46,857 nt of DNA from an uncultured Oscillospiraceae bacterium (GCA_902475745.1 CABSAW010000001.1:1-46857); one strand, 5' to 3'; shown: positions 17,024 through 27,324, counted from the stretch's first letter. Numbers and translations: made by a program. The notes: generated by a model not told the origin, from the sequence alone.

Positions 17024-17461
17024 ATGGAAAAGAAAAAGTATTTTATCGTGTCTGCCGACGCGCTGCCGGAAATCTTTGTCAAGGTGGCCGAGGCCAAGCG
17101 TATGCTGCAAGTGGGCGAGGCGGCCACGGTGGGGCAGGCTGCCGCTATGGTGGGGATCAGCCGCAGCGCATTTTATAAGTATAAGGATGCGGTGCAGCCT
17201 TTCCAGAACATGAAAGCGGGCCACATCATCACCCTGTATGCCCTGCTGCGGGACAACCCCGGCGTGCTGTCCAACTACTTGTCAATTTTTGCCGTGTCCG
17301 GCGCCAATATTCTGACCATTAACCAGACCATCCCCACCAACGGCTGCGCCGGTGTTACCGTCAGCGCCGAGACCAGCGACATGACGGAGACCATGGATGA
17401 GATGTTTTCCCATCTGGCAGAGGCTGAGGGCGTGCTGCGCTTTGAGATTATGGCGGGCTGA
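17024..17461 (+). CDS. ACT-domain protein (PheB/UPF0735 family)
   Basis: LPEIFVKV.EAK..GISRSAFYKYKD..ANILTINQTIP. Confidence 0.9.
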   Translation: MEKKKYFIVSADALPEIFVKVAEAKRMLQVGEAATVGQAAAMVGISRSAFYKYKDAVQPFQNMKAGHIITLYALLRDNPGVLSNYLSIFAVSGANILTINQTIPTNGCAGVTVSAETSDMTETMDEMFSHLAEAEGVLRFEIMAG

Positions 17462-17538
17462 TGCTGTCAGCTATACTATAAACAGAAAAGGCAAAAAATA
17501 TGAGCGTGCTGCCCGGGGCAGTACGCTCATTTTCTGTA

Positions 17539-18855
17539 TCAAAGCTGCTGCGCCAGTGCCAGCAGCGCCGAGCGGTTATTTTCCACCGCGCCGTCCATGA
17601 CAGCCTCCAGCAGGGTGTGCAGAGCCCTGCCGATGGCGGGACCTTCCAGCCCCAGCGCCGCCATATCCCGTCCGTTGACGGCCAGCTGCTTCAGGCTGAA
17701 GCAGGCGTCCTCCGCCAGCAGACGGTTCATGATGGCCTCGCCTGCATCGATTTCCCGCTGACGGCTGCATCGGTAGTCCGGGTGCTGGGCCAGATTGTCG
17801 GCCCGCTTGACAGCGCACAGCTGCCGCAGGCCTTCTGCTCCCAGTTGGTGCATGGCCCGGCGGATGGCCCGCTCTGTCAGCGGAATGGGTCGGTCATGGC
17901 AGCGCACCAGCGTACAGATCTGCCGGGCGGAAGCGGTGTCAAACCGCAGACGGCGGCAGACGTCCGCCGCGATTTCCGCGCTGGGCCGGTGGTGACCGTA
18001 GAAATGGCCGACACCCTGCGCGTCCAACGTGAAGCATTGTGGCTTTCCCAGATCGTGCAGCAGCATGACCCAGCGCAGCACCGGCTCGGGCGGCGCTGCG
18101 GCCACCGCGTGGGCGGTGTGCCCCCAGATATCATAGCAGTGGTGGCAGTTGTGCTGGTCAAAGCCCACACAGGGCAGGATCTCCGGCAGCACCACCCCCG
18201 GCACCTGCGGATTTTCCAGCAGGACCCGTCCGGCATCCTTCCCGCACAGCAGCCTTGTCAGCTCCTCCCGCACCCGCTCTGCCGCCACATAACGCAGATC
18301 CTCTCGCCGCGCCAGAAGCGCGCGACGGGTGTTATCCTCAATGGAGAAGCCGCCCAGCACGGCGGAAAAGCGCAGCGTGCGCAGGATACGCAGTGCATCC
18401 TCGGAAAAACGCTGCTCCGGACATCCGACGCACCGCAGGAGCCGCCGCTGTATGTCCTCCTGCCCACCGAAGGGATCATAAAGCCTGCCCCGCACATCCA
18501 TCACCATGGCGTTCACTGTCAGGTCGCGGCGGGCCAGATCCTCCTGTAGGCTGCGGGTAAAGGTTACGGCGGCGGGATGGCGGTGGTCGGCATAGACCCC
18601 GTCTGTGCGAAAGGTGGTGATCTCACAGGCGGTGTCGCCGCTGCGCACCGTTACAGTGCCGTGCTTCAAGCCGGTGGGAATAGCGAAATGGTCAAAGAGG
18701 GCCATGGTTTCCTCCGGCAGGGCGGAGGTGGTCACGTCCCAGTCATGCGGCGTTTTCTCCATCAGCAGATCGCGGACACAGCCGCCGACAACATACGCCT
18801 CATGTCCGGCGTGCTCCAGAGTCAGTAAAATGCGGCCTACTTCCTGCGGAATCAT
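17539..18855 (-). CDS. cca: tRNA nucleotidyltransferase (CCA-adding type) with HD domain
   Basis: VGGCVRD..DWDVTT, EDLARRDLTVNAM, EDALRILR and LLHDLGK. Confidence 0.9.
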   Translation of the reverse strand: MIPQEVGRILLTLEHAGHEAYVVGGCVRDLLMEKTPHDWDVTTSALPEETMALFDHFAIPTGLKHGTVTVRSGDTACEITTFRTDGVYADHRHPAAVTFTRSLQEDLARRDLTVNAMVMDVRGRLYDPFGGQEDIQRRLLRCVGCPEQRFSEDALRILRTLRFSAVLGGFSIEDNTRRALLARREDLRYVAAERVREELTRLLCGKDAGRVLLENPQVPGVVLPEILPCVGFDQHNCHHCYDIWGHTAHAVAAAPPEPVLRWVMLLHDLGKPQCFTLDAQGVGHFYGHHRPSAEIAADVCRRLRFDTASARQICTLVRCHDRPIPLTERAIRRAMHQLGAEGLRQLCAVKRADNLAQHPDYRCSRQREIDAGEAIMNRLLAEDACFSLKQLAVNGRDMAALGLEGPAIGRALHTLLEAVMDGAVENNRSALLALAQQL

Positions 18856-18993
18856 GGTCTTGCCCCCTTTCGACGCATTTAGGTTCCATTCTGCCCACAA
18901 TAACGGTTGCACTTTCACAGTGGGTGTATTATAATATTTTTTCAGGTAAAATACAAGTGGCGGCTCCAAAGCCGCCTTTTTGGAGGAATTTAT

Positions 18994-20379
18994 ATGACAC
19001 ATCCCACGGAGGATATCCGACATTTTCTGCGCCGCGGCGTCCGCGTCCATATGGCGGGCATCGGCGGCGTGTCCATGTGCGCACTGGCCGAGGTGCTCAA
19101 GGGTATGGGGCTGCTGGTGCAGGGCTCCGATATGACAGACAGCGACACCGTGAAGCACCTGCGCAGTGTGGGGATCCCCGTTGCCATCGGTCACAGCGCC
19201 GAAAACCTGCAAAACTGCGATCTGGTGATCCGCACCGCCGCCATTCACGACAGCAATCCCGAGATTGCCGGGGCTGTGGCCCGCGGCATTCCGGTGTATG
19301 AGCGCTCGCAGGGCTGGGGCGCCATTATGCAGGCATACCGCCATGCGGTATGCATTTCCGGCACCCATGGAAAGACCACCACGACCTCTATGGCGACCTA
19401 TATATTCATGGCCGCGCAAAAGGATCCCACCGTTATGATCGGCGGCACGCTGCCCCTGCTGGGCAAGGGGTACCGCGTGGGCGGGGGCGACACCATTATT
19501 CTGGAGAGCTGCGAATACTGCAACTCATTTCTGAATTTCTTCCCCACTGTGGCGGTGATCCTGAATGTGGCGGCGGATCATTTGGATTTCTTCCACGATC
19601 TTGCCGACATCGAGCATTCCTTCCGGCAGTTCTCCTGCCTGCCTCCCGAGGGCGGCTTCGTCATCGCCAACGGCGACGACCGGGGCGCACGGGAAGCGCT
19701 GGCCGGGCTTGATCGTCCGGTGCATTGGTTCAGTGTGAAGGATACAAGCGCTGACGTGTACGCCGATAATGTGGCGTTTTTCGACGGTTTTCCCTGCTTC
19801 GATGTGGTGGCCGGCGGAAAGCGGTACGCCCATGTGGCGCTGCACGTGCCCGGAAAGCACAATATCTCCAACGCATTGGCGGCGGCATCCGTGGCCTATG
19901 CGCTGGGTGTGGATGGCGCAGCGGTAAGCGAGGGATTGGCTGCCTTTACCGGCGCAGAGCGCCGCTTCCAGTATCGGGGTACATTTAACGGCGCCCAGGT
20001 TTATGACGACTATGCCCACCACCCCGATGAGCTGCACGCTCTGTTGGACATGGCCCGCAGCCTGCCGCATAAGCGGCTGATCTGCGCCTTCCAGCCCCAC
20101 ACCTACACCCGCACCAAGGCGCTGTTTGACGACTTTGTTCGTGAATTAAAGACGGTGGATGTGGCGGTGCTGGCAGAGATTTATGCCGCCCGCGAGACCA
20201 ATGAGGTCGGCATCTCCTCCCGCGATCTGTGCGCCCGGATTCCTGGTAGCGTCTATTGCGCCACCTTGAAAGAAACGGCGCAGGCCCTGCGGGAGATTGT
20301 AAAGCCCGGCGATGTGGTGCTGACCGTGGGCGCGGGCGATATCTATCGCGTAGGCAACATGCTGCTGGGAAAGGAGTGA
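18994..20379 (+). CDS. murC: UDP-N-acetylmuramate--L-alanine ligase
   Basis: GIGGVSM, GTHGKTTTTSM, DDYAHHP and FQPHTYTRT. Confidence 0.95.
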   Translation: MTHPTEDIRHFLRRGVRVHMAGIGGVSMCALAEVLKGMGLLVQGSDMTDSDTVKHLRSVGIPVAIGHSAENLQNCDLVIRTAAIHDSNPEIAGAVARGIPVYERSQGWGAIMQAYRHAVCISGTHGKTTTTSMATYIFMAAQKDPTVMIGGTLPLLGKGYRVGGGDTIILESCEYCNSFLNFFPTVAVILNVAADHLDFFHDLADIEHSFRQFSCLPPEGGFVIANGDDRGAREALAGLDRPVHWFSVKDTSADVYADNVAFFDGFPCFDVVAGGKRYAHVALHVPGKHNISNALAAASVAYALGVDGAAVSEGLAAFTGAERRFQYRGTFNGAQVYDDYAHHPDELHALLDMARSLPHKRLICAFQPHTYTRTKALFDDFVRELKTVDVAVLAEIYAARETNEVGISSRDLCARIPGSVYCATLKETAQALREIVKPGDVVLTVGAGDIYRVGNMLLGKE

Positions 20380-20383
20380 GCCA

Positions 20384-20926
20384 ATGCTGAGCATTTCACC
20401 TTTGTGCCATAATACCCGGCCGTCGGGCCGGCTGCCCGAGCAGGAGCAGGCCGCTTTCGACCTGTTGGAAAAACTGGGGATGGAGTATGACTGCGTCAGT
20501 CACGACGCCGCCTTTAACATGGAGCTGTGCGCCGATGTGGCCGCCGCGCTGGGCGTGCCTGTGTGCAAGAACCTCTTTTTGTGCAACCGCCAGCAGACGG
20601 CGTTCTATCTGCTGTGCATGATGCCGGACAAGCCTTTTCGCACCAAGGATCTCAGCGCCCAGATCGGCTCATCCCGGCTGAGCTTTGCACCGGAGGAGCG
20701 GCTATGGGAGCTGCTGCGCTGCCATCCCGGCTCTGCCACGATTCTGGGGCTTGCCAATGATACCGAGCATCGTGTGCAGCTCTTGCTGGAGCGTGCGGTA
20801 TATGAGGCGCCCTATCTCTCCTGCCACCCCTGCATCTGCACCAGTACGCTGAAGCTGAAAACCGGCGATGTGCTGGAAAAGCTTCTCCCTGCCGTTGACC
20901 ATGAGGCCATTGTTGTAGATCTGTAA
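20384..20926 (+). CDS. Prolyl-tRNA editing protein (ProX/YbaK family)
   Basis: CKNLFLCNRQ..SSRLSFA..PGS..GL.ND..CHPC. Confidence 0.88.
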   Translation: MLSISPLCHNTRPSGRLPEQEQAAFDLLEKLGMEYDCVSHDAAFNMELCADVAAALGVPVCKNLFLCNRQQTAFYLLCMMPDKPFRTKDLSAQIGSSRLSFAPEERLWELLRCHPGSATILGLANDTEHRVQLLLERAVYEAPYLSCHPCICTSTLKLKTGDVLEKLLPAVDHEAIVVDL

Positions 20927-20966
20927 AAAAGCATCCCCGATACACTGCGTATCGGGGATGCTTTTT
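20925..20966. terminator. Bidirectional terminator
   Basis: AAAAAAGCATCCCCGATAC...GTATCGGGGATGCTTTTT. Confidence 0.85.
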
Positions 20967-21022
20967 CTATGAAACGGTTTTGCGGCGGACGTTACGTCTG
21001 CGCTTTTATGCGTTTGCGTGAA

Positions 21023-22468
21023 TTATTTGTTGCGCCATGTGGAGGGGCTGAGCAGCACCAGCAGCGGCATCAGCTCCAGACGGCCCATCAGCATGATTAT
21101 AGTCAGCACCAGCTTGCTGAACCAGGAAAGCGATGCAAAGTTTGCCATGGGGCCCAACGCACCAAGACCGGGGCCTACATTGCTGATGCAGGTCAACGTC
21201 GCCACAAAGGCCTCCGTGAAGCCCAGCACGTCCAGCGATACGACCAGCGTGCCCGCAATCAGGATCATCAGATAGGCCACCTGAAACATGTGGGCGGAGG
21301 TGAGGGCTTTTTCATCCACACCCTGTCCGTCAATGGTGATAACAGAGACCCGGTTGGGATGGATGATATGATCCAGCTCGCGCCGCAGACTCTTGAGCTG
21401 AAGCATCAGGCGGCTGACCTTCATGCCGCCGGCAGTGGAGCCGGCGCAGCCGCCGATATACATCAGAAGCACCAGAATACACCGGGAAAATGTGGGCCAC
21501 AGCGTAAAGTCTCTGGTTGCATAGCCGGTGGTGCTCATGATGGTGGTCGTCTGAAAGGCGGCGTCGGTTATCGAATCATACCAGCCGCGGCCCATTTCAA
21601 GATGCAGATTGATGCAGATCAGCCCAATGGACACGGCCAGGATCAGCAGATACCAGCGCAGTTCCTCGCTGCGCAGCGCCTCCTTGATCCGGCCTATGGC
21701 GATGGCATACAGCAGGGAAAAATTGATGCCGGCCAGAATTGTAAAGACGATGATCACCCATGTGATGGCATCTGAGTGATAGGAGGCGATGGAGGTGTTG
21801 CGGACAGAGAAGCCGCCAGTGGCCATGGTGGTAAAGGCGTGGTTCACCGCATCAAACCATGACATTCCGGCGATACGCAGCGCCACGGCCTCGGCGCCTG
21901 TCAGCACCACATAGATGACGTAGAGAATCTTGGCGGTGCCGCCTACGCGGGGCACCAGCTTGGACTTGATAGGGCCGGGGCTCTCCGCCTTCATCAGGTA
22001 ATAGGCACCGTCTCCCATATGCGGGGTCAGCGCCAGAAACAGCACCAGAACGCCCATGCCGCCCATCCACTGCGTCTCGCTGCGCCAGAACTGAACGCTG
22101 GGCGATATGCATTCCACCGCATTGAGAATGGTGGCGCCGGTGGTGGTCAGGCCGGAGGCCGTCTCGAACAGCGCGTCCACAAAGCTGGGGATTGCGCCGG
22201 AGATAAGATAGGGAACCGCCCCCATCACCGTCAGCGCGATCCATGCCAGAGCCACGGAGGCATAGCCGTCCCGGCCCTGCATCCGCATCCGGGAGACCGG
22301 TATCAGATAGGCCAGAGCGCCCAGAATGCCGCACAACAATGCCGAAATAGCGAATGCTGTCCAGCAGCCGTCGCCATACCCAAGGCTGATTAGCAGCGGC
22401 AGCAGCATAAACCCGCCTTCAACCCAGAGAATATAACCCACAGTGCGGGTGATCAATCGAATATTCAT
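21023..22468 (-). CDS. trkH: TrkH family potassium uptake protein
   Basis: FETASGLTTTGAT, TMATGGFS, GGCAGSTAGGMK and SNVGPG pore-loop motifs. Confidence 0.93.
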   Translation of the reverse strand: MNIRLITRTVGYILWVEGGFMLLPLLISLGYGDGCWTAFAISALLCGILGALAYLIPVSRMRMQGRDGYASVALAWIALTVMGAVPYLISGAIPSFVDALFETASGLTTTGATILNAVECISPSVQFWRSETQWMGGMGVLVLFLALTPHMGDGAYYLMKAESPGPIKSKLVPRVGGTAKILYVIYVVLTGAEAVALRIAGMSWFDAVNHAFTTMATGGFSVRNTSIASYHSDAITWVIIVFTILAGINFSLLYAIAIGRIKEALRSEELRWYLLILAVSIGLICINLHLEMGRGWYDSITDAAFQTTTIMSTTGYATRDFTLWPTFSRCILVLLMYIGGCAGSTAGGMKVSRLMLQLKSLRRELDHIIHPNRVSVITIDGQGVDEKALTSAHMFQVAYLMILIAGTLVVSLDVLGFTEAFVATLTCISNVGPGLGALGPMANFASLSWFSKLVLTIIMLMGRLELMPLLVLLSPSTWRNK

Positions 22469-22507
22469 AAAATACTACCTCATTCATTGTCAGCAGAGAC
22501 AAACAGT

Positions 22508-22537
22508 ATTATAGCCCCCTCCCGGTATAGCTGTCAA
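22508..22537 (-). promoter_or_regulatory. Sigma-A promoter of trkH
   Basis: TTGACA-18-TATAAT on the minus strand. Confidence 0.8.
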
Positions 22538-22794
22538 GCTTTCCCGGGCGGCTGCACATTTGCAGCGCCGAGAGCGATAAAACTTTTGAAAAAACAGGGG
22601 AATTTGCGGGGCTGATATTGATTTTACGGAAAAATGTGCTATACTTATCGTGTGAAGATACGTTTATCTTTCTGCGCAAAAGAGCGCATGAAGTTTTCCG
22701 CCGTGGGTAAGATAAGTGTCGGACAGAGTTTCCGGCGACGGTCTTCCATCGCTGCCCGCGGCTTTGTGACAAGTTGGAAGAGAGGGTGCAAATT

Positions 22795-24090
22795 TTGAAT
22801 AAGTATATTGTCAACGGTGGTCATGCCCTGTATGGCGAGGTGACGGTCAGCGGCGCAAAAAATGCGGCGGTGGCTATCATTCCTGCGGCCCTGATGGTAG
22901 ATGGCATATGCCGGATCGAAAATATTCCCCAGATCAGCGATGTGACGTTGTTCTTCTCCATTCTGGATGAACTGGGCGCCAAGGTGCGGGTGCTGAACCG
23001 CCATGCGGTGGAGCTGGACTGCCGCGCCATCCGTTCCACCCATCCCAGCTATGAACTGGCGCGCCGGATCCGTGCCAGCTATTATCTGCTGGGCGCGCTG
23101 CTGGGCCGCTTCGGCGAGGCAACGGTGGCCATGCCCGGCGGCTGCGATTTTGGCGTGCGGCCCATTGACCAGCATATCAAAGGGTTTACCGCCATGGGCG
23201 CCGAGGTGTCCGTAGAGAGCGGCTTTATCAATGCCTGCGCGAAAAACGATCATCTGCGGGGCGCCAATATCTACTTGGACGTGGTGTCCGTAGGCGCGAC
23301 CATGAACATCATGATGGCGGCGGCGCTGGCAGAGGGAACCACCGTGATCGAAAATGCCGCCCGCGAGCCTCATATCGTGGATCTGGCCAACTTCCTCAAC
23401 TCCATGGGCGCCGACATCAAGGGCGCTGGCACAGATTCCATCAAGATTCGCGGCGTAAAGCGTCTGAACGGCGGCAGCTATGCCATTATTCCCGACCAGA
23501 TCGAGGCGGGCACCTATATGGCGGCTGTGGCCGCCACCGGCGGCGAGCTGCTGATCCGCAATGTGATCCCCAAGCATATGGACTGCATCAGCGCCAAGCT
23601 GATGGAGATGGGCGTGGAGATCGAGGAAAACGGCGACGAGATGCTGGTGCGCCGCACCGGCCGCCTGCAGCGCACCAATATCAAGACCATGCCCTATCCC
23701 GGCTTCCCCACCGACATGCAGCCCCAGATTGCCTCGGTGCTGGCATTGGCCAACGGTACCAGCCTGATCACGGAGAGCGTGTGGAATAACCGCTTTAAAT
23801 ATGTGGATGAGCTGAAGCGCTTGGGCGCGCGCATTCAGGTGGATGGCAAGGTAGCCGTGCTGGAGGGTGTGGATCACCTTACCGGCGCGCCTGTGCAGGC
23901 GCCTGACCTGCGGGCCGGCGCGGCGCTGGTGATTGCGGCCTTGGCCGCACATGGCACCACCGAGATCAGTCATGTGCAGTATATCGAGCGTGGCTATGAG
24001 GATATCATCGGAAAGCTGCGGGCCGTGGGCGCGGATATCTCTATGGTGGATGAGCCTGAATCGGATAAGGATGAAGCCCGCATCGGATGA
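22795..24090 (+). CDS. murA: UDP-N-acetylglucosamine 1-carboxyvinyltransferase
   Basis: SGAKNA, PGGCDFGVRPIDQH, PYPGFPTDMQ and DLRAGAAL; TTG start after GAGGG. Confidence 0.95.
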   Translation: MNKYIVNGGHALYGEVTVSGAKNAAVAIIPAALMVDGICRIENIPQISDVTLFFSILDELGAKVRVLNRHAVELDCRAIRSTHPSYELARRIRASYYLLGALLGRFGEATVAMPGGCDFGVRPIDQHIKGFTAMGAEVSVESGFINACAKNDHLRGANIYLDVVSVGATMNIMMAAALAEGTTVIENAAREPHIVDLANFLNSMGADIKGAGTDSIKIRGVKRLNGGSYAIIPDQIEAGTYMAAVAATGGELLIRNVIPKHMDCISAKLMEMGVEIEENGDEMLVRRTGRLQRTNIKTMPYPGFPTDMQPQIASVLALANGTSLITESVWNNRFKYVDELKRLGARIQVDGKVAVLEGVDHLTGAPVQAPDLRAGAALVIAALAAHGTTEISHVQYIERGYEDIIGKLRAVGADISMVDEPESDKDEARIG

Positions 24091-24162
24091 CAGTTTCATA
24101 TTCAGCGTCTGCCCGGCGATACCGGCGGGCGCTGATTCCTTTTTCATAAGAGAGGTGACGGA

Positions 24163-24642
24163 ATGCAGCGGATCACCATACTGTGTGTGGGAAAGCTGAA
24201 GGAAAAATTCTACGCTGACGCGGCGGCGGAATACAGCAAGCGGCTGAGTCGTTACTGCAAGCTGGATATTGTAGAGCTGCCGGAGGTTCGTCTGCCGGAA
24301 GATCCTTCCCTGGCGGAGATCCGGAAGGCGCTGGCGGCAGAGGCTGCGGCGATCCGCGCCAAGCTGGACGGCGGCGCGGTGGTGGCCATGTGTATCGAGG
24401 GGCAGACCTGCTCCAGCGAAGCGCTTTCCAAAAGATTGTCCGCCTTTGCGCTGGAGGGGAAAAGCCGGATTACATTTCTCATCGGCGGCAGCTTTGGACT
24501 GGATGAGGCGCTGAAAAAACAGGCGGATTGGCGCTTGAGCATGTCCCCGATGACGTTTCCGCATCATCTGGCGCGGGTTATGCTGCTCGAGCAGATCTAC
24601 CGCTCCTGCCAGATTGCCGAGGGAACGAAATACCATAAATAA
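24163..24642 (+). CDS. rlmH: 23S rRNA pseudouridine-1915 N3-methyltransferase
   Basis: VGKLKEK..FLIGGSFGL..MTFPHHLARVMLLEQIYR..YHK. Confidence 0.95.
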   Translation: MQRITILCVGKLKEKFYADAAAEYSKRLSRYCKLDIVELPEVRLPEDPSLAEIRKALAAEAAAIRAKLDGGAVVAMCIEGQTCSSEALSKRLSAFALEGKSRITFLIGGSFGLDEALKKQADWRLSMSPMTFPHHLARVMLLEQIYRSCQIAEGTKYHK

Positions 24643-24662
24643 TACGCTTTGGAGGTTTTTTA

Positions 24663-25031
24663 ATGAATCAGTTTGACGCTAAGGCCGCCGCGGAAGCCGG
24701 GCAAAACGGCCAGCTTCCGCAGAACTTTTGGAATAAGCTCTCCTCCGGCTGGAAATTCCGCAAGGAAGAGCTTTCCTGGCCGCTGGATGAAAAGGGTGAA
24801 AAGGAAAAGGCCGTACTTCTGAAGTCTGCCTTCGATTCCCCTGCCGAGACGGATCTGACCATTTCCCTTTTGGCCTCCTGCGGCATTCCCTGTTTTAAAT
24901 ACTACGCCAAGGAGGGCGGCGCGGGAAAGGTCATCAACGGCTTTTCCGGCTATGGGGCCGACCTCTACGTGCCCGAAAGCCGCCTGCAGGAGGCTCAGGA
25001 CATTTTGAACGCACCTCCCGTGGAAGAATGA
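24663..25031 (+). CDS. Hypothetical protein (DUF2007-like)
   Basis: SLLASCGIP..G.DLYVPESRLQEAQDIL; GGAGG RBS. Confidence 0.7.
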   Translation: MNQFDAKAAAEAGQNGQLPQNFWNKLSSGWKFRKEELSWPLDEKGEKEKAVLLKSAFDSPAETDLTISLLASCGIPCFKYYAKEGGAGKVINGFSGYGADLYVPESRLQEAQDILNAPPVEE

Positions 25032-25044
25032 AAGGAGCATACAG

Positions 25045-26772
25045 ATGGACTATCGCAAGGAATATGAAAAGTGGCTGCACAGCGGCGCGCTGACGGCGGA
25101 TGAGGTGAAGGAGCTTCAGTCTATTGCCGGAGACGAGAAGGAGATCGAGAGCCGGTTTTACGGCCCTCTGGAGTTTGGTACCGCTGGCTTGCGGGGCACC
25201 ATGAAGGTGGGGCTGCACCAGATGAATGTGTATGTCATCCGCTGGGCCACGCAGGGCTTTGCCAACGTCATCTGCGCCGAGGGCGCCGGCGCGAAGGAGC
25301 GCGGCGTTGCCATCTGCATGGACTGCCGCCATCACTCTATGGAGTTTGCTCGGGCCGCCGCTGAGGTATGCGCCGCCAACGGCATTCATGTGCGGATTTT
25401 CGATTCTCTGCGTCCCACGCCGGAGCTGAGCTTCGCCGTGCGGGAATACGGCTGTCAGGCGGGCATCAACGTTACCGCCAGCCATAACCCCAAGGAGTAC
25501 AACGGCTATAAGGTCTATTGGGAGGACGGCGCACAGCTGCCGCCCCACCACGCCGCCGCCATCGCTGCGGAGCTGGAGAAGATCGATATCTTCACCGGCG
25601 TGAAGCGGATGGACTTTGATGAAGCCGTCAAGGCCGGTCTGATCCAGACCATGGGTGATGAAACTGACCGCAGATTCATGGCCAACGTTATGGATATGGT
25701 CAATGATTACGCCTCTGTCGCCAAGGTGGCGGATACCTTCCAGGTGGTGTATACCCCCTTCCACGGCTGCGGCTATCAGCTGGTGCCGGAGGCGCTGACC
25801 CGGCTGGGCATCAAGCATCTGCACTGCGTACCCGAGCAGATGGTCATTGACGGTGATTTCCCCACGGTGGACTCTCCCAACCCGGAGAATCCCGAGGGCT
25901 TCTATCTGGCGGTGGCGCTGGCCGACAAGGTGAAGGCCGATTTCATCGTGGGAACCGACCCCGACAGTGACCGCGTGGGCATTATGGTGCGCGACCGGGC
26001 GGGCAAGTTCCAGCCTGTCAGCGGCAACCAGACCGGCGTACTGCTGAGCGATTACCTGTACGGCGCTATGGCGCGCAGCGGCAAGCTGCCCCGGAAGCCT
26101 GTGATGCTGAAAACCATCGTCACCACCGAGATGGCCCGTAAGGTGGCCGAGGCGCACGGTGTTACCTGCTACGATACCTTTACCGGCTTTAAATTTATGG
26201 CCGAGAAGAAGAACCAGCTGGAATCCGCCGGCGAGGGCAAGGTGGTCTTTTCCTATGAGGAGAGCTACGGCTATATGCTGGGTGACTATGTCCGGGATAA
26301 GGACGCGGTCACCGCCTCGCTGCTGCTGACGGAGATGGCCGCTTGGTATGCCGCGCAGGGCATGACCCTCTTTGACGCGCTTAACGCCCTCTATGAAAAA
26401 TATGGCTGGTACGGGGAAAAGACCCACAATCTGGTGATGCCCGGGCTGGACGGCCTTGAGAAGATGGCGCAGCTGATGAAGTCTCTGCGTGAGAATCCGC
26501 CCGCCGAAATCTCCGGCGTGACCGTTGTCCGCCGCAAAGACTATACCGACGGCAGCGTGGTGGACTGCGCCACCGGCGCGGTGTCCCAGATGGAGCTGAA
26601 GGGCAGCAACGTGCTGCGCTATGAGCTTTCCGACGGTACCACTATTCTGGTGCGTCCCTCCGGCACTGAGCCGAAAATCAAGGTCTACATCCTCACCATC
26701 GGCAAGGATGCCGGCCAGCGTGACGCCAACATCGACAAGTATGGCCGGTGGGCGAAAGCACTGGCTCAATAA
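25045..26772 (+). CDS. pgm: Phosphoglucomutase/phosphomannomutase
   Basis: FGTAGLRG, TASHNP, DPDSDR, YEESYG and RPSGTEPKIK. Confidence 0.93.
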   Translation: MDYRKEYEKWLHSGALTADEVKELQSIAGDEKEIESRFYGPLEFGTAGLRGTMKVGLHQMNVYVIRWATQGFANVICAEGAGAKERGVAICMDCRHHSMEFARAAAEVCAANGIHVRIFDSLRPTPELSFAVREYGCQAGINVTASHNPKEYNGYKVYWEDGAQLPPHHAAAIAAELEKIDIFTGVKRMDFDEAVKAGLIQTMGDETDRRFMANVMDMVNDYASVAKVADTFQVVYTPFHGCGYQLVPEALTRLGIKHLHCVPEQMVIDGDFPTVDSPNPENPEGFYLAVALADKVKADFIVGTDPDSDRVGIMVRDRAGKFQPVSGNQTGVLLSDYLYGAMARSGKLPRKPVMLKTIVTTEMARKVAEAHGVTCYDTFTGFKFMAEKKNQLESAGEGKVVFSYEESYGYMLGDYVRDKDAVTASLLLTEMAAWYAAQGMTLFDALNALYEKYGWYGEKTHNLVMPGLDGLEKMAQLMKSLRENPPAEISGVTVVRRKDYTDGSVVDCATGAVSQMELKGSNVLRYELSDGTTILVRPSGTEPKIKVYILTIGKDAGQRDANIDKYGRWAKALAQ

Positions 26773-26776
26773 GCAT

Positions 26777-26813
26777 AAAAAACCTCCTGACCGAATGAGG
26801 TCAGGAGGTTTTT
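26777..26813. terminator. Bidirectional terminator
   Basis: AAAAAACCTCCTGACC-GAATGA-GGTCAGGAGGTTTTT. Confidence 0.85.
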
Positions 26814-26815
26814 GT

Positions 26816-27004
26816 TTAGCCTTGGCGGACAAAAATCAGATTTTCCATCAGGTCGATCTTCTCGATGGTGCCGACCACGGCGGTGGGTACGCCCAGAATA
26901 TCGGTAAAGATCAGCTGCTCGCCCTGCTTTTGCATGGCGGCCACATTTTTACACAGCTCCTGCTTTTCACCGCCTTGCAGAGTGTACACAGTGGAAAGAC
27001 ACAT
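26816..27004 (-). CDS. CooT family nickel-binding protein
   Basis: MCLSTVY..CKNV..FTDILG..G.IEKIDL.EN; Cys at position 2; 62 aa. Confidence 0.8.
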   Translation of the reverse strand: MCLSTVYTLQGGEKQELCKNVAAMQKQGEQLIFTDILGVPTAVVGTIEKIDLMENLIFVRQG

Positions 27005-27006
27005 GA

Positions 27007-27324
27007 TTATTCTCCCTTCAGCAGCTTCAAAGCCTCGTCCAGCTTTTCGTTGCCCAGATCAAAGTCCAGAATTGCATCATGGATCAGCTGCGCGGCATCA
27101 TCGTCCATGCTGTGGGCCAGCTCATGCAGCTCTTCGGCGTGATGGCGGTTGTGCTGCACCATATAGGCCAGCAGGGCCAGCGCCTCCTCGGGGGAGTGGT
27201 GGTCATGGGTGTGGGAATGGTCGTGGGTGTGGGTATGCTCCTGCTCATGCCCATGGTCGTGGGTGTGGGGATGGGTATGGGTAGTGCCGTCGGTATGGGT
27301 GTGTTCATGATCGTGGCTGCACAT
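27007..27324 (-). CDS. His-rich metal-binding protein
   Basis: (HT/HD)n tract followed by LLAYMVQHNRHHAEELHELAH helical domain. Confidence 0.8.
   Translation of the reverse strand: MCSHDHEHTHTDGTTHTHPHTHDHGHEQEHTHTHDHSHTHDHHSPEEALALLAYMVQHNRHHAEELHELAHSMDDDAAQLIHDAILDFDLGNEKLDEALKLLKGE

Noticed and set aside
18856..19419. N-terminal extension of the cca ORF to 19419
   Set aside because: Overlaps divergent murC; homology and the RBS begin at ATG 18855
22468..22540. c-di-AMP riboswitch before trkH
   Set aside because: The promoter lies only about 40 nt from the start codon, leaving no room
24600..24660. Element integrated at the rlmH 3' end (orfX-like hotspot)
   Set aside because: Followed directly by host-like genes; no recombinase or direct repeat seen
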